IMG/VR virus record: IMGVR_UViG_3300042807_000369
From: a virus
DNA: 61,975 nucleotides
Direction: 5' to 3' (one strand)
Position numbers and translations under genes: made by a program
In this document: in pieces, positions 12,722 through 20,870 of the stretch
Layout of the letters: every line of letters begins with the position of its first letter
How positions within the stretch are numbered: position 1 is the first letter of the stretch
Notes under the pieces: model-generated
Databases searched by the model: none
The model's input: only the letters and a program-made list of their open reading frames with translations
What the model was told of the DNA's origin: nothing

Positions 12722-13072
12722 ATGGCCTTCGCAACCGGCATCTATTCTTACGGATTGTGCGACTACTGTGGCCAGCGCTACAAGTACAACATACTGCGTA
12801 AGAACTGGCGCGGGTTCATGGTCTGCCCTGATGATTACGAGCCCAAGGAGCCTCAGTTGGAGCCCTTGCGCTACCGAGGTGATGCCATTGCATTGCGCGA
12901 TCCGCGCCCCGATCGCATCGAGCCTGTGTCAGTCTTTGTTGGCGCACCGGGCTTCACGGCGTTTCAAAGTTATGGCAGCGTCCTGGGCACGGCTAACATG
13001 CGTCCTTATGTGCAAGATCAAGCGCTTATCGCGCAGGGTGTTGTCGGAAAAGTGACTGTGAGCATCACATGA
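12722..13072 (+). CDS. Small Cys-containing structural-module protein
   Basis: An internal ATG at 12722 follows GGGGG. The CDYCG...W.GFMVCPDDYEPKEPQ pattern is seen in small tail-region proteins of podoviruses. Confidence 0.5.
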   Translation: MAFATGIYSYGLCDYCGQRYKYNILRKNWRGFMVCPDDYEPKEPQLEPLRYRGDAIALRDPRPDRIEPVSVFVGAPGFTAFQSYGSVLGTANMRPYVQDQALIAQGVVGKVTVSIT

Positions 13073-13728
13073 ACTACAACGAACTTGTCACCAACATCCG
13101 AAACTACACCGAGGTAGGCAGCAATGTCTTTACCGAGTCGGTGATCAACACGTTTATCACGATGGCGGAGAACCAGATTCTTCGCGAGATAGACCTCGAT
13201 GTTTTTAAGCTAGAGGTCACGGGCAACATGACTCAGGGTAACAAGTTCTTGAGTGCCCCTTCGGACCTGCTTACACATCGCTACATGATTTTGACACCAG
13301 CTAGCGGGGAGCAAATTTTCTTGGATTTTAGGGACACCTCTTTTATGAAAGAGTACTGGGCCAACGGAACTACCCAAGGCATTCCTAAATACTATTCGGT
13401 GTGGGACCAGAACACGTTCTACATTGCCCCCACGCCTAATCAAAACTACAGCGTAGAGCTGGGCTACATCTACCGTCCAGCGCAGCTGTCGTCGGCTAAT
13501 CCAACGACTTGGATCAGTATCAATGCGCCAGAGGCGCTCTTGTATGCGTGCTTGATCCAGGCCTATAGTTACACTAAGGGGCCAGCGGACATGATGCAGT
13601 ATTTCCGTGCGGCCTACAAAGAGGCTATTCAAGGCTTGGGCACTGAGCAGCAGGGTCGTCGCCGTCGTGACGAATATCGAGATGGTATGCTTCGTATCCC
13701 ACTTAAATCGGAGTCACCCGGACCATGA
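13069..13728 (+). CDS. Structural protein (second adaptor/head-completion-like)
   Basis: A 219-aa ORF with a 4-nt overlap upstream. Its architecture is similar to 12055..12720. Confidence 0.4.
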   Translation: MNYNELVTNIRNYTEVGSNVFTESVINTFITMAENQILREIDLDVFKLEVTGNMTQGNKFLSAPSDLLTHRYMILTPASGEQIFLDFRDTSFMKEYWANGTTQGIPKYYSVWDQNTFYIAPTPNQNYSVELGYIYRPAQLSSANPTTWISINAPEALLYACLIQAYSYTKGPADMMQYFRAAYKEAIQGLGTEQQGRRRRDEYRDGMLRIPLKSESPGP

Positions 13729-14012
13729 TTACTTCCCCTGCTCAATCTTTTGTAGGAAGCGTTTTTGTCGAAACAACGCAGTCACGAGGCTGGACTCCAG
13801 AAGAGCTAGCTGTTCGCGCTGCCGACAAAATCATTTACGTCGGCGACCAGTCGCACCCAGCGGTGCAGGCGCAGGCCAGAGCATTCAAAGAGAACGTCAA
13901 ACAAGTAGTGGCGTTCTATTTAAAAGAAGCGATTGAGCAGGACAGAGCAACAATTGCAGCTCGACTTACTCAAGCTGGGCACCCTAACTTAGTTCATTTA
14001 CTAGGAGATTAA
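13725..14012 (+). CDS. Hypothetical structural-module protein (95 aa)
   Basis: A track ORF with a 4-nt overlap to the upstream gene. Confidence 0.5.
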   Translation: MITSPAQSFVGSVFVETTQSRGWTPEELAVRAADKIIYVGDQSHPAVQAQARAFKENVKQVVAFYLKEAIEQDRATIAARLTQAGHPNLVHLLGD

Positions 14013-14014
14013 AA

Positions 14015-14452
14015 ATGGCATTCTCAGGCAACTTCATGTGCACAAGCTTTAAGACAGAGCTGATGCAGGCGGTGCATAACTTCACAGCAAGCACCGGCAA
14101 CACGTTTAAGCTGGCCTTGTACGACAACAGCGCATCTTTTACAGCTGCGACGACTGCGTATACTGCCACCAACGAGGTGGCCAACTCCGGCACCTACGCT
14201 GCTGGCGGCGGAACTTTGACTAATGTTACGCCAACGTCTAGCGGCACAACCGCTTTTACAGACTTTGCTGACCTGTCTTTCACCAGTGCAACCATCACCG
14301 CTTATGGCGCGTTGATTTACAACGACACGGCAGCGGGCGACCCTACTGTGTGCGTTTTGGATTTTGGGGGTGCAAAGACGTCCACTTCAGGCACTTTCAC
14401 CATCATTTTTCCAACTGCTGACGCTACAAATGCGATTATCAGAATTGCATAA
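14015..14452 (+). CDS. Conserved virion protein, function unknown
   Basis: A 145-aa ORF. The pattern FK..L......F......FKLALY......F....T.YT...EV...G.Y..GG is familiar from phage tail regions. Confidence 0.5.
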   Translation: MAFSGNFMCTSFKTELMQAVHNFTASTGNTFKLALYDNSASFTAATTAYTATNEVANSGTYAAGGGTLTNVTPTSSGTTAFTDFADLSFTSATITAYGALIYNDTAAGDPTVCVLDFGGAKTSTSGTFTIIFPTADATNAIIRIA

Positions 14453-14461
14453 AAGCTGTAA

Positions 14462-15280
14462 ATGGCCAATGCAGCGGTTGCCTTTGACGGATGGAACGCG
14501 TCTGGCGTAGGCTGGGGGGAACAGCCTTGGGGAGAAGGCGCGCTTGATATTGCTGCAACTGGAGCGGTAGGAACAGTTACGTCTGGGCAAGGCGCAGAAG
14601 TTGTTGTCACTGGGGTATCGGCTGTCGGGGCGGCGGGTCAAGTGGCGGTGGAGGGCGCGGCGCTTATTGTTGTCACTGGGGTATCGGCTGTCGGGGCGGC
14701 GGGTCAAGTGGCGGTGGACACTCTAACGTCCGTTAATGTTACGGGCGTGGAGGGGGCGGCTGCGGTAGGCCAAGTTACGGTACAAACGGCAGGTGCTACG
14801 CTTGTAGACGTTACAGGGGTAGCTGCTGTTTCCTCTGTCGGTCAAGTGGCGGTGGAGGGCGCGGCCCATATCGCTGTTACGGGCGTGGAGGGGGCGGCTG
14901 CGGTAGGCAACGTAGCTGTTGAGAGTTTTACTTCTGTTTCGGTAGACGTTACAGGGGTAGCTGCTGTTTCCTCTGTCGGTCAAGTAACCATAGACACCTC
15001 TGCCACTACTTCGGTCTTTGTTACCGGGGTACAGAGCACTACAGCGGTAGGTCAGGCCGCTGTGCAGGGATTCGCCACTACCCCCGTTACCGGAGTAACA
15101 GGGGCAGGGGAGGTAGGTTCCATTGTGTTCGTAGACGTAACTGTACGGCCGATCGGGGTACAGGCGACAGGGCGGATTGGAAACGTGCTTGTATGGGGGG
15201 CTGTTAACGACAATAATACCGTTACGTGGACGCCTGTTAACGACAGTAATGCCGTTGCATGGTCTACAATTCTCACATAA
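14462..15280 (+). CDS. Tail fibre-like protein with ~22-aa VTGV..A..VGQV.V repeats
   Basis: A 272-aa ORF with an N-terminal W/G motif (FDGWNASGVGWGEQPWGEG) and about 9 degenerate repeats. Several are backed by near-identical DNA repeats. Confidence 0.6.
   Translation: MANAAVAFDGWNASGVGWGEQPWGEGALDIAATGAVGTVTSGQGAEVVVTGVSAVGAAGQVAVEGAALIVVTGVSAVGAAGQVAVDTLTSVNVTGVEGAAAVGQVTVQTAGATLVDVTGVAAVSSVGQVAVEGAAHIAVTGVEGAAAVGNVAVESFTSVSVDVTGVAAVSSVGQVTIDTSATTSVFVTGVQSTTAVGQAAVQGFATTPVTGVTGAGEVGSIVFVDVTVRPIGVQATGRIGNVLVWGAVNDNNTVTWTPVNDSNAVAWSTILT
14601..14985 (+). repeat. Intragenic direct repeats in the VTGV-repeat gene
   Basis: A 66-nt unit is duplicated at 14601/14667. gttacgggcgtggagggggcggctgcggtaggc occurs at ~14738 and ~14876. 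gtagacgttacaggggtagctgctgtttcctctgtcggtcaagt occurs at ~14803 and ~14941. Confidence 0.85.
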
Positions 15281-15289
15281 GGACGCATT

Positions 15290-15997
15290 ATGGCAAGCAC
15301 CTTTTCAGACCTTAAATTTGAACTGATTGGCACTGGAGACCAGGCAGGCAATTGGGGGCAGACCACCAATGACAACATTGGCACGGCCATTGAACAAGCT
15401 ATAACAGGCCTTGGCAATCCCATCTTCACGACAGATGCAAGCCTGACGATTGGCCTTACTGACACTGTTGCCCTTCAAACGGCGCGGGCCTTGGTCCTTA
15501 ACGTCACGTCCACAGGCAGTTTAACTGCAACGCGTGAACTCGTTGTTCCGACAATTGAGAAGCAGTATATTGTTCAAAACAACACTGCAGGCGCTCAAAG
15601 CATCACGGTAAAGACGGCTGCAGGCACAGGTATCACGGTCCCCAATGGCAGCAAGATGCACCTGTACGTTGACGGGGTAAACGTGATAGACGCGGTTTCG
15701 CGTTTTAGCTCCCTTACTCTTGGCGCTGCACTACCTGTTTTGAGTGGAGGCACCGGGACCACGACCCCCAGCTTGGTGGCCGGAACCAATGTCACTATCA
15801 CGGGTGCATGGCCAAATCAGACAATTGCCGCAAGCGGCGGAGGCGGCGGTGGAGCACTTTTAGAGAATAACCAAGAAATTTCAGAGAATTTTATAATCGG
15901 AGCAGGGAAAAATGCTGTAGCAGTGGGGCCTGTGACAGTTAATACAGGATATTCTGTAACAGTGGGCTCTAATCAAAAATGGTTAATTTTTAACTAA
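15290..15997 (+). CDS. Tail fibre 1, N-terminal (anchor) module
   Basis: The first ~185 aa are ~75% identical by eye to the N-terminus of 19296..20870 (STFS.LKFE.IG.G.Q...WG.TTN.NIGTAIEQAITGL...). After a G6 run the gene ends in an AT-rich unrelated tail. Confidence 0.75.
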   Translation: MASTFSDLKFELIGTGDQAGNWGQTTNDNIGTAIEQAITGLGNPIFTTDASLTIGLTDTVALQTARALVLNVTSTGSLTATRELVVPTIEKQYIVQNNTAGAQSITVKTAAGTGITVPNGSKMHLYVDGVNVIDAVSRFSSLTLGAALPVLSGGTGTTTPSLVAGTNVTITGAWPNQTIAASGGGGGGALLENNQEISENFIIGAGKNAVAVGPVTVNTGYSVTVGSNQKWLIFN

Positions 15998-16006
15998 GGA
16001 CTTATT

Positions 16007-16579
16007 GTGAGCAATTTAAAAGTTCAAGGAAATGCGTTGGGTACGGGAACTACAACGCTGCAATCTGGCAACACCAATAGTATTTTTTCTCTTACGCTCC
16101 CTGTTGCAGATGGAACGGCCGGACAGGCCGTGACGACAGACGGATCAGGGGTGCTAGGTTTTGCCTCTGTCGTAGTCCCTGGCGGAGCACTGGGCACCCC
16201 GTCATCTGGCACGCTGTCTTCTTGCACGGTCGACGGTACTGACGCTGTTGGCTTTAGAAACATCCCGCAAAACAGCCAAAGCGCGGCTTACACTCTTGTG
16301 CTTGCTGACGCCGGCAAGCATATTTTTCACCCAGCAGCGGACAACAACGCAAGGACCTTTACGATCCCAGCAAACAGCTCGGTAGCTTATCCGATTGGCA
16401 CCGCGCTCACGTTCATTAACATGGCTGTGGCGGACGTTACGATTGCTATTACAACAGATACTCTGATATTGTCTTCCGCAGGCACAACAGGTTCACGGAC
16501 CTTGGCAACAAACGGGTCGGCAACGTGTATCAAAATCTCAGCTACTGAGTGGCTGATTTCTGGTAGCGGATTGACTTAA
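16007..16579 (+). CDS. Tail fibre 1, distal/receptor-binding module (separate ORF, GTG start)
   Basis: GALGTPSSGTLSSCTVDGTDAVGFRNIPQNSQSAAYTLVLADAGK parallels ALGTPASGALTNCTADGTNQVGYRNVPPSGTKTSSYTLVAADVGK in the C-terminus of fibre 2. The ORF starts 9 nt after the stop of 15290..15997. Confidence 0.6.
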   Translation: MSNLKVQGNALGTGTTTLQSGNTNSIFSLTLPVADGTAGQAVTTDGSGVLGFASVVVPGGALGTPSSGTLSSCTVDGTDAVGFRNIPQNSQSAAYTLVLADAGKHIFHPAADNNARTFTIPANSSVAYPIGTALTFINMAVADVTIAITTDTLILSSAGTTGSRTLATNGSATCIKISATEWLISGSGLT

Positions 16580-16589
16580 AGGCGTTAAT

Positions 16590-17237
16590 ATGAGCGGCGC
16601 ACAACAAATTTCGTTTATGAATCAGCGCTCGTTTGGGCCACCACCTGCTCCCCCTGTAGTTGGGGAGGCCTATGGGGGAGGGTTTTTTGCGGGGCAGATT
16701 TCTACTACTGCGAATAGTGTTGCTACACACAATCTCGTAGTCGGTCCACTATCTACTGCGCAAAATTTAAGTTTGCGATGGAAAACTACAAACACCTCAA
16801 CAACAGGGACAGACTCGGTAATTGACGGCCCTGCAAACAGCGCTAATATGAATGATGCAAGTCATCCAGCAGCACAGTTCTGCGAGGGGTTGACAATTGG
16901 AGGTTTTAGCGATTGGTATCTGCCAGCTAAAAACGAGTTAGAGGTGTGTTACTACAATTTAAAACCAAGCACAGCTTCAAACAATACAGCGTTCGGTATA
17001 AACCCTAATGCCGTACCTGCAAGGGCATCAAACTACACCACAGGTAACCCTGCCCAAACTTCAGCAGTAATTTTCAGAACAGGCAACGCAGAGGCATTTG
17101 CAGGCGGTGCGTATTGGAATAGCACTCAATATTCTGCTACGTACGCGTGGCAAGAGAACTTCCTTGATGGTTACCAAGGTTACGCCAGTAAATCAGGGAA
17201 TTCCCGTGTTCGAGCAATACGCCGCGTATCGGTTTAA
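16590..17237 (+). CDS. DUF1566 (Lcl C-terminal domain)-like protein, putative receptor-binding accessory
   Basis: GGFSDWYLPAKNELEVCYYN ... AYWNSTQYSATYAWQENFLDGYQGYASKSGNSRVRAIRRV matches the DUF1566 pattern (DWRLP...EL...YWSS........F..G.......VR.VR). Confidence 0.6.
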   Translation: MSGAQQISFMNQRSFGPPPAPPVVGEAYGGGFFAGQISTTANSVATHNLVVGPLSTAQNLSLRWKTTNTSTTGTDSVIDGPANSANMNDASHPAAQFCEGLTIGGFSDWYLPAKNELEVCYYNLKPSTASNNTAFGINPNAVPARASNYTTGNPAQTSAVIFRTGNAEAFAGGAYWNSTQYSATYAWQENFLDGYQGYASKSGNSRVRAIRRVSV

Positions 17238-17252
17238 TTAAGGAGCATCACA

Positions 17253-17687
17253 ATGCACATCGTTGTAACAGAAGTTGACCACAAAACCCGCGTTCCTTGC
17301 ACTGTCGAGCCACAGCGCACAGGCCCCTCTATGCCTGCCGTTAAAGGCTTAAAGATCATTTGGACAGATAAGTCCACATGGCCTGTCAGCACAGACGACA
17401 CAGGCACATACCTGCGTGCCCCCAAATACTATGGCACCTGCGATGACGATGCCGACACGAACATCCCTGGCGTGTTGGAAGTCCTGACCGAGGCTGAGTG
17501 GAACGAGCGCCGTGTGACTGAACACGAAGCCACCAAGCCCTATCCATCGTGGATCGGCTACTTGGACACCATGAGCTGGAGCGCCCCCGTAGCTCGTCCA
17601 GTAGATGCCATCATGAACGGCGGCAACGTGCGTTATCAGTGGGATGAAGCCACAGTCAACTGGGTGCCAGCGGAAACTCAAGCATGA
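17253..17687 (+). CDS. Hypothetical protein (144 aa) in fibre locus
   Basis: A track ORF with aaggagc RBS. Its C-terminal YQWDEATVNWV motif is common in small phage proteins. Function unknown. Confidence 0.5.
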   Translation: MHIVVTEVDHKTRVPCTVEPQRTGPSMPAVKGLKIIWTDKSTWPVSTDDTGTYLRAPKYYGTCDDDADTNIPGVLEVLTEAEWNERRVTEHEATKPYPSWIGYLDTMSWSAPVARPVDAIMNGGNVRYQWDEATVNWVPAETQA

Positions 17688-18505
17688 AGGAGTTTTTCTT
17701 CATCTCGGGGCTGCCACGGTCGGGGTCAACTCTGCTGTCGGCTATCCTGCGTCAGAACCCTGAGTTCTACGCAGACATCTCCTCGCCCGTGCAAAGCTTG
17801 GTGGCATCGACCATCAATGTTATCACGGGCAGTGAGAGCAACCACCTGATTGATGAAGACCGCCGCAAGAGCATCTTGCGTGCCATGTTCAACGCCTACT
17901 ACGACGCTGTTGAGCCGCCTACCGTGTTCGACACTAGCCGGGGATGGACATCCAAAACATCGCTTTTGAAGGCTCTGTACCCACAGACCAAGATCATCTG
18001 CTGCGTGCGGGACCTGCCATGGATTCTGGACAGTTTTGAACGCATTGCAACTAAAAACAGCTTGTGGAACGCCAGCCTGACCGATAATGAAGCCAGCCAA
18101 ACGGTAACCACTCGATGCGACGCTCTAATGGACGTTAAAAAGGAAGGCCAGGTCGTCAAGCCCTACTATTTCTTGGAAGAAGGCCTGCTCTTAAGCCCCG
18201 ACATGATCATGCTGGTGGAGTATGAGATGCTGTGCAAGCAGCCCGAGAGCGTGATGCGGGAGCTGTATAGCTTTATCGGCAAGCCATATTTTGACCACGA
18301 CTACATGAACGTCGAGTACGATAACGAGGTGTACGACAAGGCGCTGAACATGAAGAGCTTGCACACAGTTCGCAAGCAAGTTTCGTGGCAAGAGCGCCCG
18401 TCAATCCTGCCCAAGTCGGTGTGGGAGAAGTACTCAGGCAAGGAGTTTTGGCGCAAACCAGCCCCAGAGTTCTCCGTCAAGTCACTCTACAAAGTCAAAG
18501 GTTGA
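17684..18505 (+). CDS. Sulfotransferase (PAPS-dependent family)
   Basis: It has an N-terminal 5'-PSB loop ISGLPRSGSTLL and a 3'-PB-like VRDLPWILDSF (R..x..S). At ~270 aa it is the size of Stf0/NodH-type sulfotransferases. It overlaps the upstream gene by 4 nt. Confidence 0.75.
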   Translation: MKEFFFISGLPRSGSTLLSAILRQNPEFYADISSPVQSLVASTINVITGSESNHLIDEDRRKSILRAMFNAYYDAVEPPTVFDTSRGWTSKTSLLKALYPQTKIICCVRDLPWILDSFERIATKNSLWNASLTDNEASQTVTTRCDALMDVKKEGQVVKPYYFLEEGLLLSPDMIMLVEYEMLCKQPESVMRELYSFIGKPYFDHDYMNVEYDNEVYDKALNMKSLHTVRKQVSWQERPSILPKSVWEKYSGKEFWRKPAPEFSVKSLYKVKG

Positions 18506-18507
18506 GC

Positions 18508-19293
18508 ATGAAGCGCATTTTAGTCATGGGTTTGCCCGGTTCCGGCAAAACAACTTTGGCTCAGCATATCCTTGAGCACCTGCAAAACGAGCGCAAAACA
18601 GTCATGTGGCTGAACGCCGATGACGTGCGCAAGAAGTACAACGACTGGGATTTTTCTCACGAGGGCCGTATCCGCCAGAGCCTGCGCATGCGGGAGTTAG
18701 CTGACAGCTACACCACCGATTACGTGATCTGCGACTTCGTGGCCCCTCTGGTGGAGATGCGTAACAACTTCAAGGCCGACTGGACTGTCTGGGTGGACAC
18801 CATCGAGCAGGGCCGGTTTGAAGACACCAACAAGGCGTTCATCGCGCCGGAGCAGTACGACTTCCGCATCACTGAGCAAAAGGCTGAGAAGTGGGGTGAG
18901 TTTGTAGCTGCGCACATCTTGGACAACCGCCGCCGTTCCGTGTTTGACTGGCAGAAAGAAACCGTGCAGATGCTTGGCAGATGGCAGCCGTGGCACAAGG
19001 GCCACCGTGCGTTGTTTGAGCGTGCGATTGCCAAGACGGGTCAAGTGGTTATCCAGATCAGAGACTGCCAAGGCTGGAACGGCTCCAACCCCTTTGCCGC
19101 AAATCAAGTTAAAGAGTTCATCAAGCGCGACCTTGATCCGTTGTATCAAGGCCAGTACGAAATACAACTTGTGCCCAACGTAGTAAACATCACCTATGGC
19201 AGAGACGTGGGCTACAAGATTGAACAAGAATCTTTTGACGAGGCCACGCATGCCATCTCGGCTACGAAGATTCGTAATGAAATGGGAGTTTAA
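18508..19293 (+). CDS. Fusion protein: APS (adenylylsulfate) kinase-like domain + HxGH nucleotidyltransferase domain
   Basis: The ATG at 18508 lies 3 nt after the sulfotransferase stop. The N-domain GLPGSGKTTLA...LNADDVRKKYNDWDFSHEGRIRQSLRMRELA...WVDT matches CysC (GLSGSGKST.A...LDGDNVR..L...LGFS..DR.ENIRR..EVA...FVDT). The C-domain GRWQPWHKGH ... ISATKIRNEM matches the cytidylyl/adenylyltransferase motifs GxFxPxHxGH and ISSTxIR. Confidence 0.7.
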   Translation: MKRILVMGLPGSGKTTLAQHILEHLQNERKTVMWLNADDVRKKYNDWDFSHEGRIRQSLRMRELADSYTTDYVICDFVAPLVEMRNNFKADWTVWVDTIEQGRFEDTNKAFIAPEQYDFRITEQKAEKWGEFVAAHILDNRRRSVFDWQKETVQMLGRWQPWHKGHRALFERAIAKTGQVVIQIRDCQGWNGSNPFAANQVKEFIKRDLDPLYQGQYEIQLVPNVVNITYGRDVGYKIEQESFDEATHAISATKIRNEMGV

Positions 19294-19295
19294 TC

Positions 19296-20870
19296 ATGCC
19301 AAGCACCTTTTCAAGTCTCAAGTTCGAGATCATCGGCAGCGGCGAGCAGTCGAACACTTGGGGCAATACAACTAACACCAACATTGGCACCGCTATTGAG
19401 CAAGCCATCACAGGTCTAAGTAATCCAGTTTTTGCTTCTGACGCTGATTTAACAATCAGCCTGACCGACTTGCTGGGCCCCGCTTTGCAGGTCCCGCGAG
19501 CCCTGGTCCTAAACGTCACGTCCAGCGTTTCCTTGACCGCGACTCGAAATTTAGTAGTCCCGACAATTGAGAAGCAATACCTGGTTCAAAACAACACGTC
19601 AGGTGGCCGAAGCATTGTTGTAAAAACGGCGGCGGGCACGGGCATTACCGTGCCCAATGGCGCAAAGATGCACCTGTATGTTGACGGGGTAAACGTCATA
19701 GATGCAGTGTCGCATTTCAGCGCGCTGACTCTTGGCGCTGCTCTGCCTGTTACAAGCGGGGGCACGGGCACCACTACTCCTGCTTTGGTACAAGGGACCA
19801 ACGTTACAATCACCGGCGCTTGGCCAAATCAGACAATTAACGCAGTCGGGTCTGGGGACGTTGTAGGCCCGGCATCCGCCACGGACAGTGCATTGGCCGC
19901 GTTTGATGGCACTACAGGCAAATTGCTTAAAGAAGCGGCCACGGTAAGTGTGGCGCAGGGCGGCACCGGTCTGACTACTGCCACTGCTTACAGCGTAGTA
20001 TTTTCGGGCACTACGAGCACCGGAGCTTTCCAGGCCTCTGCCGGTCCAGGAACCGCGACGCACGTCTTGACCAGCAATGGTCCTGGCGCATTGCCCACGT
20101 TTCAAGCACCACCCACATTAGGTAACCTTACAGGGGCGGTGACCTCAGTAGGCGTTGCTACCTCTTTGGGCTCGTTTACCTCTGCTGATTTGGCTGGGGC
20201 TTTGACTGATGAAACAGGAAGTGGTGCGGCAGTTTTTGCAAACACCCCAACACTTATCACACCTAATTTAGGGACACCAACTACGCTGGTTGGCACCAAC
20301 ATTACGGGCACAGCGGCAGGCCTGACAGCAGGCACTGTGACAACCAACGCCAACCTGACGGGCATGGTCACTTCGGTCGGCAACGCGGCTTCTTTGGGGT
20401 CATTTACTTCCGCCAACTTGGCGGCAGCCTTGACCGACGAAACGGGTACTGGCGCGGCAGTCTTCGCCAACAGCCCCACCCTGATAACACCTGCTCTTGG
20501 CACACCTGCCAGCGGCGCGCTGACCAACTGCACGGCAGACGGCACTAACCAGGTTGGTTATCGCAACGTACCCCCCTCGGGCACTAAAACGTCTAGTTAC
20601 ACCTTGGTGGCGGCAGACGTTGGCAAATTTGTTGAGCTGGGAACTGGTGGCAGTGTTACTGTTCCTGCGGGCGTGTTTGCGGCGGGGGACGTTGTAAGCA
20701 TCTTCAACAACACCAGCGGAACCATTGCTTGCACTTGCTCTGCCATCACCGATGTATATAAAGCTGGAACTGATACTGACATTAGCAGCTTCAGCATCAC
20801 CACACGTGGCGTGGCCAACATCCTTTTCATCACCGCCACCCGCGCAGTGGTAACGGGGAACTTGGCATGA
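19296..20870 (+). CDS. Tail fibre 2 (full length)
   Basis: A 524-aa ORF whose N-terminus is paralogous to 15290..15997. It has an internal duplicated ~50-aa motif NLTG.VTSVG.A.SLGSFTSA.LA.ALTDETG.GAAVFAN.PTLITP.LGTP typical of phage fibres, and a C-terminus paralogous to 16007..16579. Confidence 0.85.
   Translation: MPSTFSSLKFEIIGSGEQSNTWGNTTNTNIGTAIEQAITGLSNPVFASDADLTISLTDLLGPALQVPRALVLNVTSSVSLTATRNLVVPTIEKQYLVQNNTSGGRSIVVKTAAGTGITVPNGAKMHLYVDGVNVIDAVSHFSALTLGAALPVTSGGTGTTTPALVQGTNVTITGAWPNQTINAVGSGDVVGPASATDSALAAFDGTTGKLLKEAATVSVAQGGTGLTTATAYSVVFSGTTSTGAFQASAGPGTATHVLTSNGPGALPTFQAPPTLGNLTGAVTSVGVATSLGSFTSADLAGALTDETGSGAAVFANTPTLITPNLGTPTTLVGTNITGTAAGLTAGTVTTNANLTGMVTSVGNAASLGSFTSANLAAALTDETGTGAAVFANSPTLITPALGTPASGALTNCTADGTNQVGYRNVPPSGTKTSSYTLVAADVGKFVELGTGGSVTVPAGVFAAGDVVSIFNNTSGTIACTCSAITDVYKAGTDTDISSFSITTRGVANILFITATRAVVTGNLA

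Noticed and set aside
18385-18507. N-terminal extension of the APS-kinase fusion ORF (track start 18385), and a similar extension of the holin ORF (23156..23248)
   Set aside because: The extensions overlap the preceding genes by about 90-120 nt in another frame and encode Arg/Gln-rich filler. Internal ATGs sit exactly at the upstream stop codons, as at the other junctions in this genome.
15290-20870. Diversity-generating retroelement (template/variable repeat pair), suggested by duplicated fibre sequences and a BPP-1-like head gene order
   Set aside because: No reverse transcriptase gene occurs anywhere in the window. The duplicated segments are ~550 nt long with substitutions at all four bases rather than adenine-specific differences.
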